64,000 nucleotides of DNA, from NCBI GenBank assembly GCA_046046955.1, contig JBJOIV010000002.1, positions 1,102 through 65,101 on the forward strand. The letters are read 5' to 3'. Positions 9,739 to 19,523 of the stretch are shown in pieces. Source of the DNA: Bacteroidota bacterium. GTDB lineage: Bacteria > Bacteroidota > Bacteroidia > Cytophagales > Spirosomataceae. Position 1 is the stretch's first letter. The number at the start of each line of letters is the position of its first letter. A program made the translations under genes and the position numbers. A model generated the notes under the pieces. That model saw nothing but the letters and a program-made list of their open reading frames with translations. It made no database searches and had not been told where the DNA came from.

Positions 9739-10389
9739 ATGACAACTAAAATGAAAGCAACAAAACTAGCACTGATGTTTGCCCTAGTGATGGGTTTTAT
9801 GTCTACCGCTTCTGCTCAGAAGCATGCACCTGCTGATTATTTTCGAATTGGATTAAAGGGTGGTGTGAATTTATCTTCGGTTAAAGTAGCCAGCTTGAGT
9901 GCTAATTTAGAAAATAAAACGGGCTACCAAGTAGGTGCGCTTGCGCGTATTGGCCGTACTATTTTTATTCAACCGGAGGTGTATTTTGCTGCGAAGGAAG
10001 TGAATGTAGATGTGTTAAATTCCTTGACTACGAATCAAGGTGTTGTTGGTTTTTCTCAAAAATCTTTAGATGTTCCGGTATTGCTAGGAGTTAAATTAGG
10101 TCCTCTTCGTGTATTAGCGGGTCCTGTGGCTACTTATGCCATCAGCGCGTCGACTAATCCTGATGCTGCGGTTAAATCGTATTTTTCAGGAACCACTCAA
10201 GATGTGATTAATCGTTCTAGCTTTTCTTATCAGGCGGGTGTAGGTGTAGATATCTTGAATTTATCATTGGATCTTCGTTACGAAGGGGCCATGTCTGAAT
10301 TGAAGAATACCATTGCCGTACCTAGCGGATTTAATTATTCCCAAAAACCAAGTTATTTCCAGGCAACCCTAGGTTTCCGCATTTTATAA
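9739..10389 (+). CDS. Outer-membrane beta-barrel protein (porin family / PorT-like)
   Basis: Signal peptide, GLKGGVNLS, IQPE, LDVPVL and a terminal beta strand. Confidence 0.8.
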   Translation: MTTKMKATKLALMFALVMGFMSTASAQKHAPADYFRIGLKGGVNLSSVKVASLSANLENKTGYQVGALARIGRTIFIQPEVYFAAKEVNVDVLNSLTTNQGVVGFSQKSLDVPVLLGVKLGPLRVLAGPVATYAISASTNPDAAVKSYFSGTTQDVINRSSFSYQAGVGVDILNLSLDLRYEGAMSELKNTIAVPSGFNYSQKPSYFQATLGFRIL

Positions 10390-10397
10390 TTACCCTC

Positions 10398-11423
10398 ATG
10401 AATGAACAAATAAAAGCTCTTCAGGCTGAAATTGACGCTTTTGTCATTTCGAATGAAGGTGAATTAGAATCTTTTCGTAATCAATTTGTCGGTCGCAAAA
10501 GTCGTTTGGCGTCGCTTTTTGATGAGTTAAAAAATGTACCTGCAGAGAATCGCCGCGAGGTGGGGCAAGCCTTAAATGGATTAAAGAATTCAGCGGAAAC
10601 GAAGTTTACTGAAGCGCAAGAAGCTTTTGCGGGTAATGCGGCTGATTTTGAGGTGCCTTCTGATTTAACTTTATACAATCCGATTTCTCAGGGTAGTTTA
10701 CACCCATTGACGAAAGTGAGAGCGCGCATTTTAGAGATATTTAATCGCATGGGTTTCTCGGTTTCAGATGGACCAGAGATCGAAACTGATTTCTATAATT
10801 TTACTGCTTTAAACTTTCCAGCGAATCACCCGGCAAGGGAGATGCAGGATACTTTTTTTATTGAAAAAGGAGCTGGAGAGATTCAGGATGACGTTTTATT
10901 ACGTACACATACGTCTAACGTTCAGATTCGATTAATGCAACACCAAAAGCCACCGATTCGCTCGGTGATGCCTGGTCGTGTATACCGTAATGAAGCGATT
11001 TCTGCGCGTGCACATTGCCTTTTCCATCAAGTGGAGGGGCTTTATGTGGATGAGCAAGTGAGCTTTAAGGATTTAAAAGACACCTTGTATCATTTTGCCA
11101 AAGAGATGTTTGGTAAGGATACGAAAGTACGTTTCCGTCCCTCTTATTTCCCCTTCACAGAGCCTAGCGCTGAAATGGACATCACCTGTCTTTTATGCAA
11201 AGGCGATGGTTGTAATGTCTGCAAAGGAGCCGGTTGGGTAGAGATTGCTGGGGCAGGCATGGTAGATCCAAATGTCTTAGAAAATGTGGGAATTGATTCG
11301 ACGAAGTACAATGGCTTTGCTTTTGGAATGGGAATCGAGCGTATCACCATGTTAAAATACCAAATCAAGGACTTACGTCTATTCACCGAGAATGACGTTC
11401 GTTTCTTAAAACAGTTTAATTAA
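10398..11423 (+). CDS. pheS: Phenylalanine--tRNA ligase alpha subunit
   Basis: HPAREMQDTF, LRTHTS, FPFTEPS and AFGMGIER motifs. Confidence 0.98.
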   Translation: MNEQIKALQAEIDAFVISNEGELESFRNQFVGRKSRLASLFDELKNVPAENRREVGQALNGLKNSAETKFTEAQEAFAGNAADFEVPSDLTLYNPISQGSLHPLTKVRARILEIFNRMGFSVSDGPEIETDFYNFTALNFPANHPAREMQDTFFIEKGAGEIQDDVLLRTHTSNVQIRLMQHQKPPIRSVMPGRVYRNEAISARAHCLFHQVEGLYVDEQVSFKDLKDTLYHFAKEMFGKDTKVRFRPSYFPFTEPSAEMDITCLLCKGDGCNVCKGAGWVEIAGAGMVDPNVLENVGIDSTKYNGFAFGMGIERITMLKYQIKDLRLFTENDVRFLKQFN

Positions 11424-11431
11424 TCTGACCT

Positions 11432-14410
11432 ATGTGGAGTTTTCAAAAAGTAAATAATTGGACGGGTTGGGGAGTTTTCTTCATCGCGTTGTTGACATAT
11501 ACCTTGACGGTGGAGCCTACAGCCTCTTTTTGGGACTGTGGCGAGTTCATCGCGTGTGCCTATAAATTGCAAGTACCTCACCCTCCAGGAGCGCCCTTAT
11601 TCCTTTTATTAGGTCGCATGTTCTCCCTTTTAGCCTTAGGCGATGTGACCAAAGTGGCTTATTGGGTAAATATGATGTCCGTGGTAAGTAGTGCGCTGAC
11701 CATTTTATTCTTGCATTGGACTATTGTGATGATCGGTCGTAAGATGATTAAGAAGTCGTTTGAAGATTTGAATGCAAATGAGCGTTTTGGATTATTGGCT
11801 TCCGGTGTGGTGGGATCTTTGATTTATACATTCTCTGATACGTTTTGGTTCTCTGCTGTCGAAGCGGAGGTATATGCGATGTCCTCTTTCTTTACAGCAA
11901 TCGTGGTTTGGGCTGCGTTTAAATGGGAGCAGGTGGAAGATAGAGCCGCCTCGAATCGTTGGATCTTGTTCATTGCTTATTTAGTAGGATTATCTATCGG
12001 TGTCCACTTATTGAACTTAGTGACCCTTCCTGCTTTAGGCTTATTATATTATTTCAAACGTTATGACAAGCCTACGTTAACCGGAGGTGTTATTTCGATT
12101 TTTGTGGCCCTATTTATTTTAGGTATCATCAATGCTGGGATTATCCCAGGTTTACCTAGTATCGCTTTCGGTTTTGAATTGACTTTCGTGAATACCTTAG
12201 GCTTCTCTTACGGTACAGGAGCGATTGTTTTCTTGATCCTTTTAATTTCTGCGGTTGTTTTTGGCATTCGTTATTCGTATGCGAAAGGTAAAGAGGTGCT
12301 GAATGTGGCGCTATTCTCTTTTGTCTTCTTATTAATTGGATATTCCACTTATACGGTTGCTTTAGTGCGTTCTGGCTATAATACGCCTATTAATGAGAAT
12401 GACCCGAGCAATATCTTGAACTTCTTAAAGTACTTGAAACGTGAGCAATATGGCGAGCGCTCCTTGATTTATGGCCCTGTTTACACGGCAGAAGTGACGG
12501 GTTATAAAGAAGGAGCTGAGACGCCTATTTATAAGATGAAAGACGGGAAATATGTCGAATACACGAAGAAACCGGTGTATGAATACGATAAGTCCCAAAT
12601 GATGTTATTACCTCGTGTGTATTCGAATCAGGCTAATCACGTGAAGTTGTATCAAGAAATGCTAGGTATTCCTGCGGGTGAAAAACCAAGCTTTGGGAAG
12701 AACTTGGAGTTCTTGTTTACCCATCAATTAGGCCACATGTACATGCGTTACTTGCTGTGGAATTTTGTGGGTCGTGAAAGCGATTTCCAAGATGCTTGGG
12801 CCATCAATACCTTCGAGGATTCATCGAAATTGCCTGATATTCTTCGCAATAATAAGGCGAGAAATAATTACTATTTCTTACCGATTATTTTCGTGCTATT
12901 AGGCTTCTTCTACATGCTTCGTAAGAATGATAAGGATCTTTTGGTAACGATTTTAATGTTTGTCTTAACCGGGGTAGCCTTGACGGTTTACCTAAATTCG
13001 CCGCCTACAGAACCTCGTGAGCGTGATTATATCTTCGTTGGATCGTTCTATTTTATGTCGATTTGGGCAGGTTTTGCAGTGATGCAGATTTTAGAATTTA
13101 TTCAGAAGTTTGTGAAAGCAGATAAGGCCAAATGGGTGATTGTCGCTGTATTAGGCTTAACAGCTCCTGCGATTTTAGCACAACAAAACTGGGATGATCA
13201 TGATCGTAGTGGTCGTGTGCACCAGATTGATTTTGCCAAAAACCTCCTTAACTCATGCGCTCCTAACGCAATTCTATTTACGGGAGGGGATAATGATACG
13301 TTCCCGCTTTGGTATATACAAGAAGTAGAAGGTTTCAGAACGGACGTTCGTGTATGTAATTTGTCCCTTTTAGGTACAGACTGGTACATTGATCAGATGA
13401 AGCGCAAGACGTATGAATCTCAACCATTGCCGATTCTTTTATCGAAGGATCAATTAATGGAAGGGGTAAATGACCAGATTTTATTTAATCCTAAAGAAGG
13501 TTTAAACGCGATGTCTTTACCAGATTATTTGGACTTATTACATAAAGACAGCCCATCTATCCAGGAGCAAACGCAATTAGGCGAAACAATCAATACCTTA
13601 CCTACAGACTCGGTGGTGATTCCTGTCGATATCGCAGCTGTAGCTAAATCAAATTGGTTCCCTAAACAATTTGTGCCATATATGTCCCCAGTCTTAGGTT
13701 GGAAATTGCCATCGCACAATATCTACAAAGGGGAATTGATTCAATTAGAGATCATCTCTAATAACGCGATGTCTGGTTGGAAACGTCCGATCTATTTCGC
13801 GTCGACTTTACCGAATGACCAGTATTTAGGTCTAAAGGAATCGATGCAATTAGAAGGATATGCGTATCGTTTAATGCCATTCAAAATCCCTGGTGCAAAC
13901 GATGGCTATGTAAACACCCAAATCATGTCTGATAACATTTTGAAAAAGATGTATTGGAAAGGATTAGATAACGATAAAATCTACTACCATGGTGATTTCT
14001 ATTTAGGAATCCCATCGGTAACTGCTCGCTTAAGTGTGTATCGTTTAGCTGATCAATTAGTACGCGAAGGAAGTCTAGCACAAGCGAAAAAGGTCTTAGA
14101 TTATTTAGACCAAAAAATGCCAGACAAAGTAATTCCTTACGATCAATTCTCAGCTTCTATGGTAGAATTGTATATCGCAGTGGGTGATTCAAAAGCCGCT
14201 CTTAAAATGGCTTCAAGAATTGTAAACCGTGATGATCAATTATTGGACTATTACTTAGATGGTCGCTACGGTGCTCACGAGCGTGATGTACAAATCGCGA
14301 TCTATGAAATGAACCTAGCTATTTCTGCATTAAAGGCTTCGAAGGTGAACCCGGCTAAATACCAGGAGCTAGAGGCGAAGTTTAATAAGCAGATGAGTCA
14401 TCTACAATAA
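11432..14410 (+). CDS. DUF2723 membrane protein (GT117/TMEM260-like glycosyltransferase)
   Basis: SFWDCGEFI, VPHPPGAP, AVEAEVY, PRERDY and GDNDTFPLWY motifs. Confidence 0.9.
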   Translation: MWSFQKVNNWTGWGVFFIALLTYTLTVEPTASFWDCGEFIACAYKLQVPHPPGAPLFLLLGRMFSLLALGDVTKVAYWVNMMSVVSSALTILFLHWTIVMIGRKMIKKSFEDLNANERFGLLASGVVGSLIYTFSDTFWFSAVEAEVYAMSSFFTAIVVWAAFKWEQVEDRAASNRWILFIAYLVGLSIGVHLLNLVTLPALGLLYYFKRYDKPTLTGGVISIFVALFILGIINAGIIPGLPSIAFGFELTFVNTLGFSYGTGAIVFLILLISAVVFGIRYSYAKGKEVLNVALFSFVFLLIGYSTYTVALVRSGYNTPINENDPSNILNFLKYLKREQYGERSLIYGPVYTAEVTGYKEGAETPIYKMKDGKYVEYTKKPVYEYDKSQMMLLPRVYSNQANHVKLYQEMLGIPAGEKPSFGKNLEFLFTHQLGHMYMRYLLWNFVGRESDFQDAWAINTFEDSSKLPDILRNNKARNNYYFLPIIFVLLGFFYMLRKNDKDLLVTILMFVLTGVALTVYLNSPPTEPRERDYIFVGSFYFMSIWAGFAVMQILEFIQKFVKADKAKWVIVAVLGLTAPAILAQQNWDDHDRSGRVHQIDFAKNLLNSCAPNAILFTGGDNDTFPLWYIQEVEGFRTDVRVCNLSLLGTDWYIDQMKRKTYESQPLPILLSKDQLMEGVNDQILFNPKEGLNAMSLPDYLDLLHKDSPSIQEQTQLGETINTLPTDSVVIPVDIAAVAKSNWFPKQFVPYMSPVLGWKLPSHNIYKGELIQLEIISNNAMSGWKRPIYFASTLPNDQYLGLKESMQLEGYAYRLMPFKIPGANDGYVNTQIMSDNILKKMYWKGLDNDKIYYHGDFYLGIPSVTARLSVYRLADQLVREGSLAQAKKVLDYLDQKMPDKVIPYDQFSASMVELYIAVGDSKAALKMASRIVNRDDQLLDYYLDGRYGAHERDVQIAIYEMNLAISALKASKVNPAKYQELEAKFNKQMSHLQ

Positions 14411-14414
14411 ATTT

Positions 14415-14530
14415 CAAAGTCCAAAGTTCAAAGATCAAAGTTGGAATAAAAAAAGCGGCACGTGCCGCTTTTTTTATGTTTTGTACTGATATTTTGTCTC
14501 TGAACTTTGCTCTTTGAACTTTGTAATTTG
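14415..14530. repeat. Heptamer tandem arrays, site 2 (opposing)
   Basis: 4x CAAAGNN (14415-14442) and inverted gtctctg-aactttg-ctctttg-aactttg-taatttg (14496-14530). Confidence 0.92.
14446..14477. terminator. Bidirectional terminator; perfect 32-bp palindrome
   Basis: ATAAAAAAAGCGGCAC|GTGCCGCTTTTTTTAT between convergent genes. Confidence 0.88.
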
Positions 14531-14531
14531 T

Positions 14532-14574
14532 GATATGTTTTCATAAAAAGCGAAGCTTTTTATGAAAACATATC
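14532..14574. repeat. Perfect 20-bp inverted repeat overlapping the dnaJ 3' end
   Basis: GATATGTTTTCATAAAAAGC-gaa-GCTTTTTATGAAAACATATC. Confidence 0.95.
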
Positions 14575-15720
14575 CCTCACCTTATGAAAGAATCCTTTCT
14601 CCGATTTCCCCGGTTGTGGGGCGAAGTTAGGAGAGGAGCGAAGCTTTTCTAAAAGCTCGGTTTCTTCTTTAGTGACTTGTTTAGGCGTCCAGATATTCAC
14701 GTGAACTAATTGATCTCCGATGGAATAGCCATTCAGTTCTTTGATTCCTTTACCTTTCAAGCGTAGAATCTTTCCGCTTTGAGTTCCAGCCTCTAAGGTA
14801 ATCTTTGCTTTACCACCGATGGTAGGCACTTCTACGGATGTTCCTAAGGCTGCATCCACGAAGTTAACGTACAAGTCAAAAATGACGTTGTTTCCATCGC
14901 GGTGTAATAGATCATGTGCTTCTTCTTCAATCACGATTAATAGATCACCAGCCACACCACCACGAGGAGGTACGTTACCTTTACCAGTCATCGATAATTG
15001 CATGTCGTTTGAAACTCCTGCTGGAATTTTGATTGGGATGATTTCTTCTTCTAGAACGCGTCCTTCCCCGAAGCAATCGCCACATTTAGCACCCACCGTT
15101 TTACCTTCTCCATTACAGTGAGGGCAAGTAGAAGATGTGACCATTTGGCCTAACATGGTTTGTTGTACTTGACGTACTTGACCTGAACCTTGGCAAGTGC
15201 CGCATGATTTTAGGTCTGTGCCGTTTTTAGAGCCATTTCCGGAGCATGATTTACAAGCTACGTGGCGTTTTACTTTGATTTTCTTTTCTACCCCGTTCGC
15301 GATCTCCTCTAAGTTTAATTTCAACTTGATGCGTAGATCGGTTCCTTTGCGTTGGCGTCTTCCACCACCGCGGCCTTGATTGAAAAAACTGCCGAAGGGA
15401 CTATCGTCTCCACCACCGAATATATCTCCGAATTGCGAGAAGATGTCTTCCATGTTCATTCCGCCACCGCCAAAACCGCCGCCAGCAGCTCCACCCATTC
15501 CAGCATGACCGAAACGGTCGTATTGTGCCTTCTTTTGGGAGTTGCTTAAGACCTCATAGGCCTCAGCAGCTTCTTTGAATTTCTCTTCTGCCTCTTTGTT
15601 ATCGGGGTTTTTATCTGGATGGTATTTGACCGCCATTTTGCGGTATGCCTTCTTGATTTCATCCTCCGATGCGGATTTAGAAACACCTAATATCTCGTAA
15701 TAATCTCTTTTTGACGCCAT
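14560..15720 (-). CDS. dnaJ: Molecular chaperone DnaJ
   Basis: HPD J-domain, G/F-rich region and four CxxCxGxG repeats. Confidence 0.98.
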   Translation of the reverse strand: MASKRDYYEILGVSKSASEDEIKKAYRKMAVKYHPDKNPDNKEAEEKFKEAAEAYEVLSNSQKKAQYDRFGHAGMGGAAGGGFGGGGMNMEDIFSQFGDIFGGGDDSPFGSFFNQGRGGGRRQRKGTDLRIKLKLNLEEIANGVEKKIKVKRHVACKSCSGNGSKNGTDLKSCGTCQGSGQVRQVQQTMLGQMVTSSTCPHCNGEGKTVGAKCGDCFGEGRVLEEEIIPIKIPAGVSNDMQLSMTGKGNVPPRGGVAGDLLIVIEEEAHDLLHRDGNNVIFDLYVNFVDAALGTSVEVPTIGGKAKITLEAGTQSGKILRLKGKGIKELNGYSIGDQLVHVNIWTPKQVTKEETELLEKLRSSPNFAPQPGKSEKGFFHKVRDMFS

Positions 15721-15726
15721 TATTTA

Positions 15727-16236
15727 TTAATTTCCGACCACCACTTTCGCGAAGCGGATGACTTTTTCATGTAATTTATATCCTTTTTCAACTACCTCTA
15801 CCACTTTACCTTTTTCTTCCTCGCTAGGTGCGGGGAATTGCGTGATGCAGTCGTGGATTTCGGCATCGAATACTTCTCCTTTTGCGGGTAGTTCTTTCAA
15901 GCCTTGGGATTGAAGAATGTTTCCGATTTTAGTGAAGATTAATTGAGTGCCTTCTGATATTTCTCCTTCTGGAGCATTAGCTAATGCACGCTCATAGTCA
16001 TCGATGACAGGTAATAAGTCAACGATTACACGTTCTGATGCGGTTTGGATAAGCTCTATTTTCTCTTTTGCCGTACGTTTACGGAAGTTTTCGAAGTCTG
16101 AATACAAGCGAAGGTATTTCTCCTTCATTTCCGCTAATTCGTCCACAGGAGCTGTCTCCTCTGTCTCAGGGCTTGTTTCTTCTTGGTTTTGAATGATTTC
16201 TTCCTCAGGCGTTTGTTCGTTTTCTTTCTTTTTCAT
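15727..16236 (-). CDS. grpE: Nucleotide exchange factor GrpE
   Basis: YLRLYSDFENFRKR and KGYKL..VIRFAKVVVG motifs. Confidence 0.97.
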   Translation of the reverse strand: MKKKENEQTPEEEIIQNQEETSPETEETAPVDELAEMKEKYLRLYSDFENFRKRTAKEKIELIQTASERVIVDLLPVIDDYERALANAPEGEISEGTQLIFTKIGNILQSQGLKELPAKGEVFDAEIHDCITQFPAPSEEEKGKVVEVVEKGYKLHEKVIRFAKVVVGN

Positions 16237-16338
16237 ACTATAAAATTACGATTGCGAAATCCTTGATACAAATTCAATACCAAAAACAATTTTCTGACAC
16301 TTTGGCATAAATGAAACGCCCTTTGTAATTTTAGGCAA

Positions 16339-17259
16339 ATGTCAATAAGTCCCGCTCAAATTTCACAGCACATTAAGGAAAAAGCCCAGCAATTCGGTTT
16401 TGCTTTTTGTGGTATTTCGGAGGCGGGATTTCTAGAAGAAGAAGCTCCTCGACTAGAGGCTTGGTTGAATTCGAATCAACACGGCGAAATGGCCTATATG
16501 GCGAATCATTTCGATAAAAGATTAGATCCGAGAAAGCTTGTTGATGGTTGTCAAACCGTCGTTTCGCTGGTCTATAATTACTTTCCTTCAGAAGAAATTC
16601 AGGCAAATCCCTTCAAGATTTCGAAGTATGCCTACGGCGAAGATTACCACCGGGTCATCAAAGACAAGATGCAGATGCTGTGGGATTCACTTCAAGAGGG
16701 GGTAGGCGAATTTTCGGGTCGGATGTTTGTGGATTCTGCGCCGGTTTTAGAAAAGGCCTGGGCAAAGAAATCAGGATTAGGTTGGATAGGGAAAAATGCG
16801 AATTTGATTATTCCGAAAAAAGGGAGTTTCTATTTCTTAGCGGAACTTTTAATTGATTTGAAAGCGGCTCCGGATGGCCCCATCAAGGATTTTTGTGGTA
16901 CCTGTACCCGCTGTATTGATGCTTGTCCGACGGAGGCGATTACTCCTTATGTGGTGGATGGGAGCAAGTGTATTTCCTATTTTACGATTGAGTTAAAAGA
17001 CCAAATGCCGGCAAATCTGACTGGTGATTTCGAAAATTGGATTTTCGGCTGTGATATTTGCCAAGATGTATGTCCTTGGAATCGTTTTTCGAAGCCGCAC
17101 GCTGAACCTAGATTTGAGACGAATTTACAGGAAGTGGATTGGGAAGGACTTTCAGAGGAAGTTTTTCAAACGCTTTTCCATTATTCTGCCATAAAACGTA
17201 CGAAATTGAAAGGTATTCAGCGAAATATCGAATTTGTGAGTCGTCCTAAACTAAGTTGA
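16339..17259 (+). CDS. queG: tRNA epoxyqueuosine(34) reductase
   Basis: [30 protein letters not shown] and [12 protein letters not shown] motifs. Confidence 0.96.
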   Translation: MSISPAQISQHIKEKAQQFGFAFCGISEAGFLEEEAPRLEAWLNSNQHGEMAYMANHFDKRLDPRKLVDGCQTVVSLVYNYFPSEEIQANPFKISKYAYGEDYHRVIKDKMQMLWDSLQEGVGEFSGRMFVDSAPVLEKAWAKKSGLGWIGKNANLIIPKKGSFYFLAELLIDLKAAPDGPIKDFCGTCTRCIDACPTEAITPYVVDGSKCISYFTIELKDQMPANLTGDFENWIFGCDICQDVCPWNRFSKPHAEPRFETNLQEVDWEGLSEEVFQTLFHYSAIKRTKLKGIQRNIEFVSRPKLS

Positions 17260-17539
17260 TCATTTTGATTACTATTTCAAAATATCAGAAAGCTGATATT
17301 CTTCGCTCTTTTTTTCTTCCACCATTGTTTTTTACAAAAAAAATCTAATTTTGACCATTGGTTGTAGTCAAGGTTTGAATTGAATACCCACTTATACTAC
17401 TTTGTATTATTGAAATTTTTCTGTTTTAATAATCCTGTTCTCCCCCTTCATAATTTGTTTTAATCATCCTTCATCGGGATGATTATCACCCATCTTGCTT
17501 TTTAGCCTCACTAAAATCGAGATAAAAACATCTTGTATT

Positions 17540-18808
17540 ATGGAAAACAAAGTACCCATTTTCGCCATCACTTTAAGGGAATTTCGAATTATTCACTTGG
17601 CCAAAGAAGGTCTTTACAAACTTTTACTCTGCCTACTCTTTCTGTTAGTTTTAAACTCGTGCAGTAAGGAGGTTACATTAGATGAAGTTATGCCTTCTTC
17701 CGTTGAGACCACTTCCGGATTAAAAGAATGGTCAACGAAAAATGATAAATTGAATCAGGCTAATTTGATTGATTGGGAATATTCCATTCCGATTACCTTA
17801 TCTGATAGCATTAAAGGATATGCTGCTCCTGTTAAGACAGCATCAGGATACAAGGAGTTTATTACCTTTGAGCTAGGAGGGAAAAGACATGGTTGGTTTA
17901 AAACTTACAATCGTCTAAATGAAACCGACATGGAAATCGTGATTCAGACGGTTGATGGTAAAACGTTAAGATCTGGATTTGTCCGAAAGAAAAGTGCTTC
18001 AGCTCCGAAAGGTAAATCAGTAACTATGGGTGAAATGAATTTGGAAGAAGGGGTAATTGAACAGGAATATATACTGGATTGGTTCACTGTTACTGCTCCT
18101 AGGTTAAATTCGGGTGGAGGATTTTATAATGGTAATTCTAGGTTTGATATGAATATATTTAATTATTATTTGCGAGCAGGGTTATCTGATGCAGGAAATT
18201 ATGGCGGGGGTGGCGGCTCATCTGCATATGACACAAAAATGTCTTTCTTTGATTATAATTACTCAAAAATAACAAATAATTTAACTGACCCTTGTTTGAA
18301 TCAAGTTTTTAGTGAATTACTAAATAAGAATGTTTATGGGGAAATAAATGAAATTATATCTAAATTCAACAGTTCTCTAGGTGGCAGTGGGTTTAGTTTT
18401 AAAATTCAAGAAATGTCAATTATGGAGGAAAGTATATATCCAACATATTTTGGAGCATTTGAAAAGGGAACTATAAAAATAAATCGATCGCTTTTGAAAA
18501 ATTCTTCAAAAGAAGGAATTGCAAAGACGATTGTGCACGAAATTTTACACGCCTATATAAAAAAAGATATATTAATTGTAAATGATCATGAAGTAATGAT
18601 TCGAGATTATGTTTTACCCATAGCTGAATTTTTAGTTGGTATGTATAATATTCCATTGGAAGATGGAATATTGCTTTCTCTATCTGGTTTGCAGGAAACA
18701 TCATATTATGATACTATATTATCAAAAATGAAAATTACTAATAATGATGTTTCGATTGTAAGAAAACTATACACTGAAAATTTGAATTATGGAAAACACT
18801 GCTTTTAA
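17540..18808 (+). CDS. Hypothetical lipoprotein with Gly-rich linker and C-terminal HExxH zincin-like domain
   Basis: Lipobox LVLNS-C, GGGGGS linker, IVHEILHAY followed by DHEVM. Start uncertain (ATG 17540 or a later TTG). Confidence 0.75.
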   Translation: MENKVPIFAITLREFRIIHLAKEGLYKLLLCLLFLLVLNSCSKEVTLDEVMPSSVETTSGLKEWSTKNDKLNQANLIDWEYSIPITLSDSIKGYAAPVKTASGYKEFITFELGGKRHGWFKTYNRLNETDMEIVIQTVDGKTLRSGFVRKKSASAPKGKSVTMGEMNLEEGVIEQEYILDWFTVTAPRLNSGGGFYNGNSRFDMNIFNYYLRAGLSDAGNYGGGGGSSAYDTKMSFFDYNYSKITNNLTDPCLNQVFSELLNKNVYGEINEIISKFNSSLGGSGFSFKIQEMSIMEESIYPTYFGAFEKGTIKINRSLLKNSSKEGIAKTIVHEILHAYIKKDILIVNDHEVMIRDYVLPIAEFLVGMYNIPLEDGILLSLSGLQETSYYDTILSKMKITNNDVSIVRKLYTENLNYGKHCF

Positions 18809-19328
18809 AAGATTGCTTTTATGCATTCTAATTATCCTAGTATTTGAACAATCGTACGCTCAAAGTATTGTTGAACCTAAACCATTCTCCTTTAATTTAA
18901 TAAAGGAAACAAGTTTATCAGAAGAATATAAGCTAATTAGTTTTATTAATAATTATGAACTGAGTTATTTAAAAATGGAAAATGACAAACCGTCTTTTAA
19001 TATTTTTCTCTTCAAGGTTAATGGTAATGGAAAAATCTCAGATATTTATCACTTGGGTGAAATGAGAAAAACATCATCAGATGCAATTAAATCAAGAATA
19101 ATTAAAACAGAACCTTTTTGGACATTACCAAAAGATGTAAAAGAATATAAGTGGGTTGCAATTCCCTATTTTTATGGTGATTATAAATTGTCAGACCCTC
19201 TGGATAATAGTAAAATGTTCCTTTCTGGATTAAAATATTTTGAAAAGGTTTCAGAGATACTAGGATCAGATACTAAAAATTTATTTTTAACACCCCCCTT
19301 GGGAATGGGTATTTTAAATAAAGAGTAG
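18789..19328 (+). CDS. Secreted hypothetical protein, AT-rich, overlapping the upstream gene
   Basis: Signal peptide ending SYA-Q; 20-bp overlap with the upstream CDS. Confidence 0.7.
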   Translation: MENTAFKRLLLCILIILVFEQSYAQSIVEPKPFSFNLIKETSLSEEYKLISFINNYELSYLKMENDKPSFNIFLFKVNGNGKISDIYHLGEMRKTSSDAIKSRIIKTEPFWTLPKDVKEYKWVAIPYFYGDYKLSDPLDNSKMFLSGLKYFEKVSEILGSDTKNLFLTPPLGMGILNKE

Positions 19329-19474
19329 ATGATTATTCATCTTGCCTTCAAGTTAGGGCTACAACCTCAATTCTTATGATTAGTGAACTTGGACATGTTG
19401 TGTTAATACGCGCCTTTAAAAGTTTGATCAATAGGACAATGGAAGAAAATTTCATGTGATTTAGAACACCCAAC

Positions 19475-19507
19475 AAAAAAAAGAGGCCGTGAATCCACGG
19501 CCCTTTT
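19475..19507 (-). terminator. Intrinsic terminator downstream of the GntR regulator
   Basis: A-run, then GGCCGTG-aatc-CACGGCC, then CTTTT. Confidence 0.75.
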
Positions 19508-19523
19508 CAAGCAAAATAAAACC

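Noticed and set aside
14560-16236. grpE-dnaJ without dnaK or a CIRCE element
   Set aside because: This is the usual arrangement in Bacteroidota.
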